Shown here in pieces: positions 27,786 through 36,843 of a stretch of 64,000 nucleotides of DNA. The position numbers were made by a program, and so were the translations under genes. Source of the stretch: Candidatus Hodarchaeota archaeon (GTDB lineage: Archaea; Asgardarchaeota; Lokiarchaeia; Sigyniarchaeales; SOKP01). The stretch covers positions 8,210 to 72,209 of the forward strand of contig JBHLJZ010000006.1 of assembly GCA_048887165.1 (NCBI GenBank), read 5' to 3'. The notes beneath the pieces were generated by a model that saw nothing but the letters and a program-made list of their open reading frames with translations, did not search any database and was not told the origin of the DNA. The stretch's first letter is position 1, and every line of letters begins with the position of its first letter.

Positions 27786-27828
27786 ATTATATAAAGTCAT
27801 TACATAAAATATTAATTTATTAAGATAG

Positions 27829-27850
27829 AGCTCAAATTGAGCTTTTTTTA
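27829..27850 (+). terminator. Possible hairpin + oligo-T transcription terminator between hisD and hisC
   Basis: AGCTCA-AAT-TGAGCT (27829-27843) is a perfect 6-bp stem, followed by T7 (27844-27850). In a genome this AT-rich it could arise by chance. Confidence 0.3.
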
Positions 27851-27872
27851 AATATTTATTTAGGTATATACC

Positions 27873-28964
27873 ATGGAACTTGATAACTTATTAAGAGATT
27901 CATTAAAGAAATATACAGCGTATGAGCCTGGTGAACAACCAGAAGAAGAAGGATGGGTTAAGTTAAATACAAATGAGAATCCTTATCCCCCTGTTCCAGA
28001 AGTAATAAAAGAGATAAAAAATGCAATAGATGGGAAAGATCAATTGAGAAAGTATCCAGATCCTTTAGCATTAGAAGTCAGAAAAGCAGTATTAAACCAA
28101 CTCTTGTTAGATAAGAAAACATTAACTAATCGAAATACAATCTGTATTGGAAATGGTTCTGATGATCTTATTGATCTAATATTCAAAATTTTCGTCGATC
28201 CAGGAGATGAGGTCGTTATATTTTATCCAACTTATGGGCTTTATAAAGTACTAGCGACTCTATATGGCGCTAAGGTTACTGAAATTAAACTAAATGATGA
28301 TTTTTCAATACCAGAGGCTGTTTTTGATGTAAAAGGTAAACTTCTATTTATTAATTCACCAAATAATCCGAATGGTAAATCATTTGATAATGAGACAATT
28401 CTAAAAATTTGTACTCATTTTCCAGGAATCGTTGTGGTTGATGAAGCTTATGCTGATTTTTCGGAGAAAACATGTCTACCTTTATTAAAACAACTAAAAA
28501 ATTTGATTGTTTGTAGATCATTCTCAAAAAGCTTTTCTTTAGCTTCATTAAGATTAGGATATGCTTTAGCAGATGCACAAATAATAAAACTAATGAATGA
28601 GGTTAAATTACCCTTCAATACAAATTATTTAGCACAAAAGGCAGCATTATCTTGTATTAAACATCGAAAAAAAATTTTTGAACAAAATAAAAAAATTATT
28701 TCAGAAAGAAAAAGATTAACCGAAAATTTGAATGAATTTAATGGAGTGAGTGTTTTACCTTCTGACGCTAATTTTATCTTTATAAAATTTGACGACAAGT
28801 CAACAACATTAAAATTTTTGTGGGATCTAAAAGAGTTAAAGATTCTTGTAAGACATTTCAGTAAACCAGGTCTCTATAATTACCTTAGAGTTACTATTGG
28901 AACTGAGGTTGAAAATAATAAATTTTTGTCTGCTTTCCAAGAAGTAGCTAAAAAATATCTATAA
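27873..28964 (+). CDS. hisC: Histidinol-phosphate aminotransferase
   Basis: 363 aa, class II aminotransferase pattern: LNTNENPYPP, YPDP, GNGSDDLI, VDEAYADF and the PLP-lysine motif RSFSKSFSLASLRLGY. Confidence 0.85.
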   Translation: MELDNLLRDSLKKYTAYEPGEQPEEEGWVKLNTNENPYPPVPEVIKEIKNAIDGKDQLRKYPDPLALEVRKAVLNQLLLDKKTLTNRNTICIGNGSDDLIDLIFKIFVDPGDEVVIFYPTYGLYKVLATLYGAKVTEIKLNDDFSIPEAVFDVKGKLLFINSPNNPNGKSFDNETILKICTHFPGIVVVDEAYADFSEKTCLPLLKQLKNLIVCRSFSKSFSLASLRLGYALADAQIIKLMNEVKLPFNTNYLAQKAALSCIKHRKKIFEQNKKIISERKRLTENLNEFNGVSVLPSDANFIFIKFDDKSTTLKFLWDLKELKILVRHFSKPGLYNYLRVTIGTEVENNKFLSAFQEVAKKYL

Positions 28965-29059
28965 ATTTTTAATCAAAATTCAAAAGTTTTATATTTTTTT
29001 AAATCAAATTATTTTATGTATTCTTTCAAATTATTAATAGGGCTTTTCCACATGCGGAG

Positions 29060-30235
29060 TTGAATAATAATATGTTCCCTACAAATAAGGATAAGGTAAA
29101 ATGTGAGCATTGTGGATATACTATTGTAAAACCTTATCCAAAAAATCAACTTTGTCCAAAATGTAATAAATTTTTAGCTAACTTATTTGAATACAAGGAT
29201 GATAATATTAATTCTACTAAAATCAAACCAAAAAATTTTGAAACAAAAACTACTACAGTTTCATCAAGGTTAAAGGGAGTTAGTGTCAAGAGTAAACAAC
29301 CTCAGTTTTCATTAGAAGATGAAATCATTTTTTTAAAAGATGAGGAAGAATATGTCAAATTTTGTGGGGTTACCTCTGTTGATCGAAAACAACTATTTCA
29401 TAGTAATCAGAAATATAAATATTTATTAGAATTGACTAATAATTTGGACTTTATAGCGACGGGTATTCTTGGAGGAGAACTTGATAAGATGCTTCTCATT
29501 TCTAAAGATTATAAAGAAGAAAAAGGCCAATTTTACGTCAAAAATGGAATAATCTATATAGTATATGGTGTGTTTCCTGATAAAAAAGGAAAATGGATAC
29601 TTGAACAAATGGCAAAATTTTATTCTGATTTAGTAAAAGGAAAGGATGTAAATAATCTTAATAAACTTGAAGAAAGTGAGATTAAGAGAGATTATAGAGG
29701 GATTCTAAAATCTATTTTAAAAGAATATTTAGCTTTACAAGATGTCTTTACAGACCAGGATCTTCCCTATTTAGAAGATTGGATAAGAATTGATTATCTT
29801 GGTCTATCTTCAATGTCGATTGGAGTGATTTCTCTTCTTTTAGATCAAGGGGAATATTTGCAAATTGAAGCACCTGAAGAATATGATAATCCTGCTGAAG
29901 AAATTGAAATGAAAGAGTCATTATTAACCGCAAAAATCGAAGCAATTGCAGCAAATACTTTAGGTAATACTGGTGCCTATCCTCGATGGATAGCGGTTAA
30001 ATTAGGATTTCAAAATTATAGATTCCTAACTTTTAAGAAGTATCAAAATGATTATTTTCTTTCTTTTCTTTCTGAAGGAAATTTAAAAAAGATTGAAAAC
30101 GTTGAAAAAGAATTAGAACCTTTATTACATCATGGTATTGATTCACCCTTTTCAGGTAATTTAAAACCTTTCAATAGATTAAAAGCGACTCTAACGGAAA
30201 AATTCAAAAATGTACCAGAAAGGAAATTCTCATAA
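29060..30235 (+). CDS. Hypothetical zinc-ribbon protein with two putative roadblock/longin-like alpha/beta modules
   Basis: 391 aa, with ATG at 29072 the likelier start. It has an N-terminal CEHCG...CPKCN zinc ribbon. The later segments YIVYGVFPDKKGKWILEQMAKFY and YRFLTFKKYQNDYFLSFLSEGNLKKIENVEKEL have a roadblock/longin-like pattern. That pattern is an inference by eye. Confidence 0.35.
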   Translation: MNNNMFPTNKDKVKCEHCGYTIVKPYPKNQLCPKCNKFLANLFEYKDDNINSTKIKPKNFETKTTTVSSRLKGVSVKSKQPQFSLEDEIIFLKDEEEYVKFCGVTSVDRKQLFHSNQKYKYLLELTNNLDFIATGILGGELDKMLLISKDYKEEKGQFYVKNGIIYIVYGVFPDKKGKWILEQMAKFYSDLVKGKDVNNLNKLEESEIKRDYRGILKSILKEYLALQDVFTDQDLPYLEDWIRIDYLGLSSMSIGVISLLLDQGEYLQIEAPEEYDNPAEEIEMKESLLTAKIEAIAANTLGNTGAYPRWIAVKLGFQNYRFLTFKKYQNDYFLSFLSEGNLKKIENVEKELEPLLHHGIDSPFSGNLKPFNRLKATLTEKFKNVPERKFS

Positions 30236-30288
30236 TTATATATATATTTTAATGCATGAAATAAACATTTACTACTAATTTATGGAAA

Positions 30289-31248
30289 ATGGCTTCATCT
30301 CCCAAGAAAATTTATGAAGATTATATTGAAAATTATGTAAATAGAACTATTGCTATAGAGTTATTGATTTCAATAATTGAAAATTCAGAGAATGAATCTA
30401 ATAGGTTTGAAGCTATTGAAATTTTAGATAAAATCAAGGCAAGTAGTCCGGAGATTTTTAAATTATATGAAAATTTGATGATTAGTGACTTAAATTCTAG
30501 AATCAGAGCACGTGCTATTTTATATCTTCCAAAATATTTCGTAGAAGAAGCTTTACTTCCATTAAAATGGGCAATTAGACACGAAGATTCATATGAATGT
30601 TTAATCAATATTATTAAAACTCTTGAAAACTACTATCCAAAGGAATCCCATTCAATCTTTTTAGAAGAAATAAAAAAAATCAGGAAGATTCGCTATTTAA
30701 ATTATGAAAAAAGGTATGAGAATAGAAAATTCAAAAAAGCATTAAAAAAGTTAATAAAATCGAGTCAAATTAAAAATTTTTCAAAAAACAAATTAGCTGA
30801 AATTTTAATCAATTATTTCACCATTCAAAATCTCTCTAGTAAATTCCCTAATATGTTTTTTGAGTTAGAATCGCAAAATGCTTTAGTAAGGGAATTAGAT
30901 TTATCTGATTACTTAGAGCATGAAGTTAAAGGAACTCCTTGGGGCTGGAAGAATAATATTCAATCAATTTCAGAAATAACTGGATTGGAAAATTTAAAAA
31001 ATCTAAAAAGTTTAGATTTATCTAATAATCTAATAAACGATATAAAAGATTTAATCGAATTAAAGAATTTAACTCATCTAATTTTGTCAAATAATAAGAT
31101 TAGTCATCTTGAAAATCTTGACTATATAAAAAAATTACCAAATCTTAAAGTTATAGATCTTAGTGGAAATGATATTGTTAATTTTTTTAATCCTGAAGAC
31201 TTTAAGACAAAAACTAGAATTCTCGTAAGAAGATCACTTATAGAATAG
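30289..31248 (+). CDS. HEAT-like repeat + short LRR protein (paralogue 4, SDS22-like 22-residue LRRs)
   Basis: 319 aa. The N-terminus is homologous to the other three (PKKIYEDY...AIELLISIIENSENESNRFEAIEILDKI, ISDLNSRIRARAILYL, AEILINYF). About 4-5 LRRs follow (LKSLDLSNNLINDIKDL...). Confidence 0.75.
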   Translation: MASSPKKIYEDYIENYVNRTIAIELLISIIENSENESNRFEAIEILDKIKASSPEIFKLYENLMISDLNSRIRARAILYLPKYFVEEALLPLKWAIRHEDSYECLINIIKTLENYYPKESHSIFLEEIKKIRKIRYLNYEKRYENRKFKKALKKLIKSSQIKNFSKNKLAEILINYFTIQNLSSKFPNMFFELESQNALVRELDLSDYLEHEVKGTPWGWKNNIQSISEITGLENLKNLKSLDLSNNLINDIKDLIELKNLTHLILSNNKISHLENLDYIKKLPNLKVIDLSGNDIVNFFNPEDFKTKTRILVRRSLIE

Positions 31249-31281
31249 AAAAAATAAAAGTATAAAATAAAAATTAATTTA

Positions 31282-32628
31282 TTATTCTATTAACTGTGTT
31301 TTCCCAGTACCCCATATTCCAAGAGCTTTACCTAATTCTTCATGATCCTTGGCATATTTACTAACCGAAATACCTTGCATAACCGCATCAATTGCTTGTC
31401 TAAACGCCTTTGCACCAGAAATGGGACCATCGGGATGACTATGAATACCTCCTCCACTTCCTATAAGTATGTCCAATCCAGCTTCTTTTATACATTTTTC
31501 TACCATACCTTGCGTTATTCCACCACTAGGCATTGGTAAGGTAGGTTTTATATGTTGGAATGGATACCTAAGAGCTTTTAAATTTTGTTCATATCTTTCT
31601 TCAAGAATTTCTGCCTTTCCATAAGGGGCGGGGATTACAACAGTATCTGCTCCACACATCCTAGGGAATTTTGCAAGTACTAACATCGAAGTCAGTCCAG
31701 TCCACTCACCTCCAATATATGCCCCACCAAAATCCATATGCCCTAAAATCGGTACTTTTATTGAAGGATCTTCGGCAATCGCTCTCAATGCTTCAAAACC
31801 TGAAGTTAGATAATTAAGCATTAATGCATTAGCTCCAAGTTCTATCATTTTATCAGCATATTCAAACATTTCGGGAAACTTTGTGGTAATATTAATAGTA
31901 TAAAGTGTTTTTTCTCCTTTTTCTGAATCTGCTCTGTCAACAGCTTCCATTACCTTCACAATTCTATCTTCTAACCTGTTAAAAGAAGGATCCGAAATCA
32001 ATTCGTCATCTTTCACAACATCACAGCCACCAACAGCTGCTTTATATACTAAATCAGCAGCAACTTCACAAGTGTGACCTGTACATGGTTTAACCATATT
32101 GTTTAATAAAGGGCGCTCTGGTATTTTCATAAGCTTTCTTATACCATCAATTCCAAATTTGGGTCCTTTAAATTCTTCAAGATATTCTTTTGGAAATGCT
32201 AAATCAACTAATTTTAAACCATGAGTTAAACTAATATTACCAATTACTGTAGTAAGAAGCATTGGGATTCCCATTCCTTTAATATTTACAATAGGGAAAC
32301 CAATCTGAGCGAAATAATATCGTTCTTTCACATCCTTTGGTATAACGTATTCATAATGAGGTAATTCATACACTCCAAGTACTCTTGCTACATGATATTT
32401 TCTAACTTCTTCGGTTTCTGCAGGAACTCTAACCCATGTTCCTGTTGATTGTTCTATTGCTGCAAATCTAGATAAGTAATTAACATTCATTCCTTTTGGT
32501 CTTTTAATAATGAAGCTTGCAATTATATATTTCTCCAAATCAATGCCGTCTAAGCCAATAGCTTCTGGGATATCAAAATATTTTTCTGTACTGTCCATAA
32601 TTATATCAAGAAAGTGTAATTTTTTCAA
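31282..32628 (-). CDS. RuBisCO large-subunit family protein, probably a RuBisCO-like protein (form IV-like) rather than a carboxylase
   Basis: 448 aa. EQSTGTWV, GNIS, VKDDE and the C-terminal GSGGGIHSHPDGPISGAKAFRQAIDAVMQG are very close to archaeal RbcL. However, VKPCTG replaces KPKxG, GHMDFGG replaces GHRAMH, and VVIPAPYG replaces LHVGT. The comparison is from my memory of form III sequences. Confidence 0.7.
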   Translation of the reverse strand: MKKLHFLDIIMDSTEKYFDIPEAIGLDGIDLEKYIIASFIIKRPKGMNVNYLSRFAAIEQSTGTWVRVPAETEEVRKYHVARVLGVYELPHYEYVIPKDVKERYYFAQIGFPIVNIKGMGIPMLLTTVIGNISLTHGLKLVDLAFPKEYLEEFKGPKFGIDGIRKLMKIPERPLLNNMVKPCTGHTCEVAADLVYKAAVGGCDVVKDDELISDPSFNRLEDRIVKVMEAVDRADSEKGEKTLYTINITTKFPEMFEYADKMIELGANALMLNYLTSGFEALRAIAEDPSIKVPILGHMDFGGAYIGGEWTGLTSMLVLAKFPRMCGADTVVIPAPYGKAEILEERYEQNLKALRYPFQHIKPTLPMPSGGITQGMVEKCIKEAGLDILIGSGGGIHSHPDGPISGAKAFRQAIDAVMQGISVSKYAKDHEELGKALGIWGTGKTQLIE

Positions 32629-32692
32629 CTTGAAAAATATTATGATTATCTATAATAGAAAAAAATTAAAAAAAAGGAAAACGTAATTGAAA

Positions 32693-33796
32693 TCAGTCTT
32701 TAGATTTAGTTCTGGATTTTAAATTCATATAAGTATTTTCGAGAACATTCAAATATTCAATTAGTACTTTATCTGCTTTAGATTTTTTCTCGTATTCTGC
32801 TTTAATGATATTCAATAGATATTTTGGAAAGATGAGATCTAAATAGAAATCCGTGAGTAAAGCATAATATTCATTACCTCTTTCATCTTGAAAAACTTGG
32901 ATCATTTGACTCTCCCAGAGCATTCTTAAAACTTCGTTTATATCTTCAACTCCTTTCTTTTTAAGCTTTTCAAGGTCATTCTTAGTAACTATCGCTGTTC
33001 TTAATAGCCTTAGAGTCTCATAAACTTGAGGATTAATGATAACATCGATAATTCTAAGATTATCTTGTTCTGAGGGTTTATATCCTTGGAAGAATTTCTT
33101 TGTTTCAGTTCTATAATCTTCAGCAAGTCGTATAGGCAAACCTCTATCAGCAGGATCTTTTAGAAGTTGTACAGGAGGAACTCTTAAGATTAAGATGTCA
33201 TTTGTCAAGAAAATTAATTCAGAAGGCATACCTTTTACTGATGTTTCCTTAATTATTTCTCGTTTAGTTAATTCAATTAGAACACTCTCTAAATTTAAGA
33301 ATCCTTGTTTATATTTATCTTTTAACCATAACATTAATTCTGATTTAGAAACTACACCCTCGTCTCTAAGCCGATTAATTATCATTCTCTTTATCTCATC
33401 TTGAAATATCATGGCCAATCTCTGTTCAGCATTAAGAGAAGGGTAAACTGATAGACTTCGGAATAATGAAGGAACCATCGTCAAATAATTATCATCTTCA
33501 AGATTCTGTAAAATAATCCTTGAAGTGTCAATTAAACCACCTTCATAAGCGTCGGGATCATCATCTAAGTTTAATAATAAAAGAATATAATAACCATTTT
33601 CTGGACCGGTATAATATGAAGCTATGTTCAATGAACCTACCATTAGACTTATCATTCCTGATTCTCCACTGTACTCATGAGTACTATATACCTGCATCAA
33701 AGTTTTTTCAGTTACAATAATTTCTTCAGGATATTTTGCCAGTATTTCAGTACCGATTCTTTCATTCCATTTCATTAAGACTAATCCTACAGGCAT
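32693..33796 (-). CDS. Cassette A, gene 2: cytoplasmic protein with an N-terminal longin/roadblock-like domain and two winged-helix-like domains (paralogue of 35734-36843)
   Basis: 367 aa, about 60% identical by eye to the 369-aa ORF at 35734-36843 (MPxGLxLMxW, MISLMVG.LNIAS.YTG, INRLRDEGVVSKSEL, SVKGMPSEL, KKGVEDI, EYYALL). Its ATG overlaps the stop of the upstream membrane-protein gene (TAATG). Domain assignment is by pattern only. Confidence 0.5.
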   Translation of the reverse strand: MPVGLVLMKWNERIGTEILAKYPEEIIVTEKTLMQVYSTHEYSGESGMISLMVGSLNIASYYTGPENGYYILLLLNLDDDPDAYEGGLIDTSRIILQNLEDDNYLTMVPSLFRSLSVYPSLNAEQRLAMIFQDEIKRMIINRLRDEGVVSKSELMLWLKDKYKQGFLNLESVLIELTKREIIKETSVKGMPSELIFLTNDILILRVPPVQLLKDPADRGLPIRLAEDYRTETKKFFQGYKPSEQDNLRIIDVIINPQVYETLRLLRTAIVTKNDLEKLKKKGVEDINEVLRMLWESQMIQVFQDERGNEYYALLTDFYLDLIFPKYLLNIIKAEYEKKSKADKVLIEYLNVLENTYMNLKSRTKSKD

Positions 33797-34227
33797 TATA
33801 TAACGCCTCCTCTTGATTCACCCATTTGAGGTAATTTCTTCTTTTTTTTTGATTCTAATCCTAATATAACTTCCAAAGATAAGCCTAGCATCGCCCATTT
33901 ATCTCCGAATTTCTTAACCATATGTTCTTGTTTTGAGGGATATAAAAGGGAATCTGATATTGACTTTCTACTCTTTATATTTTTACTTATTTCTCTTGCT
34001 CTTTTTACGAATATTGGAATTTTTGCTTTTTGAATTGCTATGTATATGACTAAACTCCCTACAACTGCAACTACTACAATTACTATCATTAGGAAGTAGA
34101 ATATTGGAAATCCAAACATTTCTACCATATCGACAATAACCGTCGAAAATAGTGCTAGCGTTGTAATTATTAATACTAAGAAAAGTAAGATTAAATATTT
34201 AGATTTTGAATTCGTTTTAAAACTCAT
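33796..34227 (-). CDS. Cassette A, gene 1: small two-TM membrane protein carrying the conserved TM + basic cytoplasmic tail module
   Basis: 143 aa with two hydrophobic helices. The tail, IQKAKIPIFVKRAREISKNIKSRKSISDSLLYPSKQEHMVKKFGDKWAMLGLSLEVILGL, is homologous to the C-terminus of the 1443-aa protein at 36843-41174. Confidence 0.6.
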   Translation of the reverse strand: MSFKTNSKSKYLILLFLVLIITTLALFSTVIVDMVEMFGFPIFYFLMIVIVVVAVVGSLVIYIAIQKAKIPIFVKRAREISKNIKSRKSISDSLLYPSKQEHMVKKFGDKWAMLGLSLEVILGLESKKKKKLPQMGESRGGVI

Positions 34228-34600
34228 ATATTCAGAACCATTTTTTATAAGTTAATATTACTTTATAAGTTATTCTTTCAAATAAGAATTTTTTATCACT
34301 ATTAATGAAAATTCAAATTTTAGGAATTTCTTAAATTTTTCAATTTCGTATAATTTATAAAAAAAATATTGAGGTTAATAAAATTTTATGATTTTTCATA
34401 ATCTTTTAATACTCATATTTTCTGAAATCTATAATTAAAATCTCCTAATCTTTTAGCATTCACACTTATAAGAGATATTTAGCTTTTATAAAAGTTTAAA
34501 TATTTTAATTTAGATTGAAATATCAAAGAAAAGGTTATCTATAATCTTACAAAAACTTTAATAATATAAGATTTTTAAATTGCAATTTAGGTACTGAAAA

Positions 34601-35644
34601 ATGCTAAGACAAATTTATATCTTAAAAGACGGTAATGTTTTATACGAAAAGAACTTTGGAAAAGCGTTAACCCATGAGTCATTTCAAAATATTTCTCAGG
34701 AGATTTTAAAAGAGGCATCTCGAGGTTTGGGAAAGGATTTCGGAAGCACTTATTTTTTTAAACACAAAATCGTATATTCTTACGAGAAAGAATGCGGTTT
34801 ATTATTTATATTAATAGTGGGTTTAAACGATGAGATGAATCAAGTAAAATCAGAGATAACAAAGTTAAAAAATGAGTTTATAAACATTTTTGGAGATAAT
34901 CTTGATAATCTTGATACTTCTCTCATTGAGTTATTAAATCCTTTAATCTTTTCAATATATAAAAATATTAAAACAAAAATCTCTTTAGTAGGTTTTTCTG
35001 GAGTTGGGAAAACAACCATCACAAAATTAATCAGATCAGAAGAAATACCTGATGTACATATCCCTACCATAACTGGAAAAGTGTCAGCAATAAAGATAGG
35101 AAAATTGTATTTTCATTTATGGGATTTTGCTGGACAGGAACAATTTAGTTATTTATGGAATGATTTTATATATGGAAGTGATGCTGTTCTCGTAATAACT
35201 GATTCTTCATTAGAAAACGTTGAAAAGAGTAAATTTTTCATTGAATTACTAAAAGAAAATGCGCCAGATGCTCATGCTGCAATTATTGGAAATAAACAAG
35301 ATTTACCGGACGCCTTAAGTGTTGAAAAAATAGAAGAAATTCTTAAATTAAAAACTTATTCAATGATTGCTATAGATCCGGATAATCGCAATAAAATGAT
35401 TCAAATTATAGCAGACATATTAGAAATTAATACAGAGATATCACCATTACTAAAACCCCTTTTTGAAAGAGATTCTTTAATTTCTCAAGCTGAAACTTAT
35501 TTGAAAGAAGGAAACATGGTAAAAATTCACGAATCTTTTGAGAAAATCTCTGAGTTATGCTATGAACTAGGAGATTTCATTCTCTATAAAGAATTTCGTG
35601 AAAAAGCTGATAAAATTAAAGGACATTTAGGATATATTTTATGA
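34601..35644 (+). CDS. Longin-like domain fused to a Ras-superfamily small GTPase, with a C-terminal helical extension
   Basis: 347 aa. G-domain motifs are G1 GFSGVGKTT, switch-I PTITGK, G3 WDFAGQEQF and G4 GNKQDL. The N-terminal ~115 aa (IYILKDGNVLYEKNF...YFFKHKIVYSYEKECGLLFILIVGLNDEMNQVKSEITKLKNEFINIF) follow the longin profile. An ~80-aa helical tail follows the G domain. Confidence 0.65.
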   Translation: MLRQIYILKDGNVLYEKNFGKALTHESFQNISQEILKEASRGLGKDFGSTYFFKHKIVYSYEKECGLLFILIVGLNDEMNQVKSEITKLKNEFINIFGDNLDNLDTSLIELLNPLIFSIYKNIKTKISLVGFSGVGKTTITKLIRSEEIPDVHIPTITGKVSAIKIGKLYFHLWDFAGQEQFSYLWNDFIYGSDAVLVITDSSLENVEKSKFFIELLKENAPDAHAAIIGNKQDLPDALSVEKIEEILKLKTYSMIAIDPDNRNKMIQIIADILEINTEISPLLKPLFERDSLISQAETYLKEGNMVKIHESFEKISELCYELGDFILYKEFREKADKIKGHLGYIL

Positions 35645-35733
35645 GAGATTATATACTCATTAATTCTCTAATTGCAAAGGGAAATTCCTAAATTTAATAA
35701 AAATTTTTAACAATTAAAAAAAATAAGAAAAAA

Positions 35734-36843
35734 TTATTTTTCTGATTCTGATTCTATTGGTAATTTAGTATGTCGGTAAGTATCTTCAAGTACTTTTAAA
35801 TATTCCAATAGAACGTTTTCAGATTTAGATTTTACCTCATATTGGTGCATTACCGTATTTAAGACATACTTAGGATATATTAAAGACATATGAAAGTCAG
35901 AAAGTAAAGCATAGTACTCAATACCGCGATTGTCTTGAAAAACATGAGCAAATTTATTTTCCCATAGTTTTCTTATTCCTTCATCGATATCTTCAACGCC
36001 CTTCTTTCTAAGTTTTGCTAAAGCGTTTTTAGTTACAACAGCAATTCTTAATAGTTTTAAAATTTCATAGATTTGTGGATCTGTAATTAAATCAATAATT
36101 TTTAAACTATCCTCTTCAGATGGGCGGTATGTCTGGAAAAAGCTCCGAACTTTTGACTTGTATTCACTTATAAGGCTTTCAGGAAGGCCTCTCTCTTCTG
36201 GCTTTTTTAACAACTTTATTGGAGGTCTCCTAATTATTAATGGATCATTAATAAGAAATAATAATTCTGAAGGCATCCCTTTTACTGAGGCTTCTTTTAT
36301 TATTTCTTTTTTAATTAATTCCATTAAAGTTGCATCTATATCAAAAAATCCTTTTCGATATTTATCCTTAAGCCATACTTTTAGCTCTGATTTCGAAACT
36401 ACACCTTCATCTCTTAATCTGTTGATTATCAATCGATTTACATCATCTTGGTAAGTTAAAGCTAAATTCTGCTCATCAGTTAAATAAGGATATGCGGAAA
36501 GTCTTTGAAATAGAAATGGTAGCATCTCCATATATGCATTATCTTCAATGTTTTGCATAATAATCCGAGAGATATCTGTCAGCCCTCCTTCATAAAGATC
36601 CGGATCATCTTCCAAACTTAAGAGAACAATTATGTATAATGATCTTTCTTTTCCTGTATAAAATGATGCTATATTCAAATGACCAACCATCAGACTAATC
36701 ATTCCTGGCTCTCCTGTATATTCATGAGCAGCATATATTTGCATTAAGGTTTCATCAGAGACTATTAATTCTTCAGGATATTTAGTAACAATTTCCGTTC
36801 CTACTTTAGGATCCCATCTCATCAATATTAATCCTAATGGCAT
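35734..36843 (-). CDS. Cassette B, gene 2: longin/roadblock-like + double winged-helix-like protein (paralogue of 32693-33796)
   Basis: 369 aa, full-length paralogue of 32693-33796, with the same TAATG stop/start overlap with the upstream gene. Confidence 0.5.
   Translation of the reverse strand: MPLGLILMRWDPKVGTEIVTKYPEELIVSDETLMQIYAAHEYTGEPGMISLMVGHLNIASFYTGKERSLYIIVLLSLEDDPDLYEGGLTDISRIIMQNIEDNAYMEMLPFLFQRLSAYPYLTDEQNLALTYQDDVNRLIINRLRDEGVVSKSELKVWLKDKYRKGFFDIDATLMELIKKEIIKEASVKGMPSELLFLINDPLIIRRPPIKLLKKPEERGLPESLISEYKSKVRSFFQTYRPSEEDSLKIIDLITDPQIYEILKLLRIAVVTKNALAKLRKKGVEDIDEGIRKLWENKFAHVFQDNRGIEYYALLSDFHMSLIYPKYVLNTVMHQYEVKSKSENVLLEYLKVLEDTYRHTKLPIESESEK

Noticed and set aside
31282-32628. 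Calling the RbcL homologue a bona fide form III RuBisCO that completes an AMP-salvage pathway with the AMP phosphorylase
   Set aside because: Several catalytic residues appear substituted (see the finding). I therefore call it only RuBisCO-like, pending a proper alignment.
34228-34600. The long 373-bp spacer between cassette A and the longin-GTPase gene as a hidden small RNA or small ORF; it contains a direct repeat TTATAAGTTA (twice, about 17 nt apart)
   Set aside because: The region is extremely AT-rich with no stable stem, no C/D or H/ACA box arrangement, and no ORF with a plausible start. It is most simply a divergent promoter region with TATA-like elements. The repeat is too short to be significant.
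33195-36454. Plus-strand ORFs 33195-33404, 33520-33720 and 36158-36454, antisense to the two paralogous longin-WH genes
   Set aside because: The similarity between 33195-33404 and 36158-36454 merely mirrors the paralogy of the sense genes. They have no start context and a Ser/Ile/Asn-rich shadow composition.
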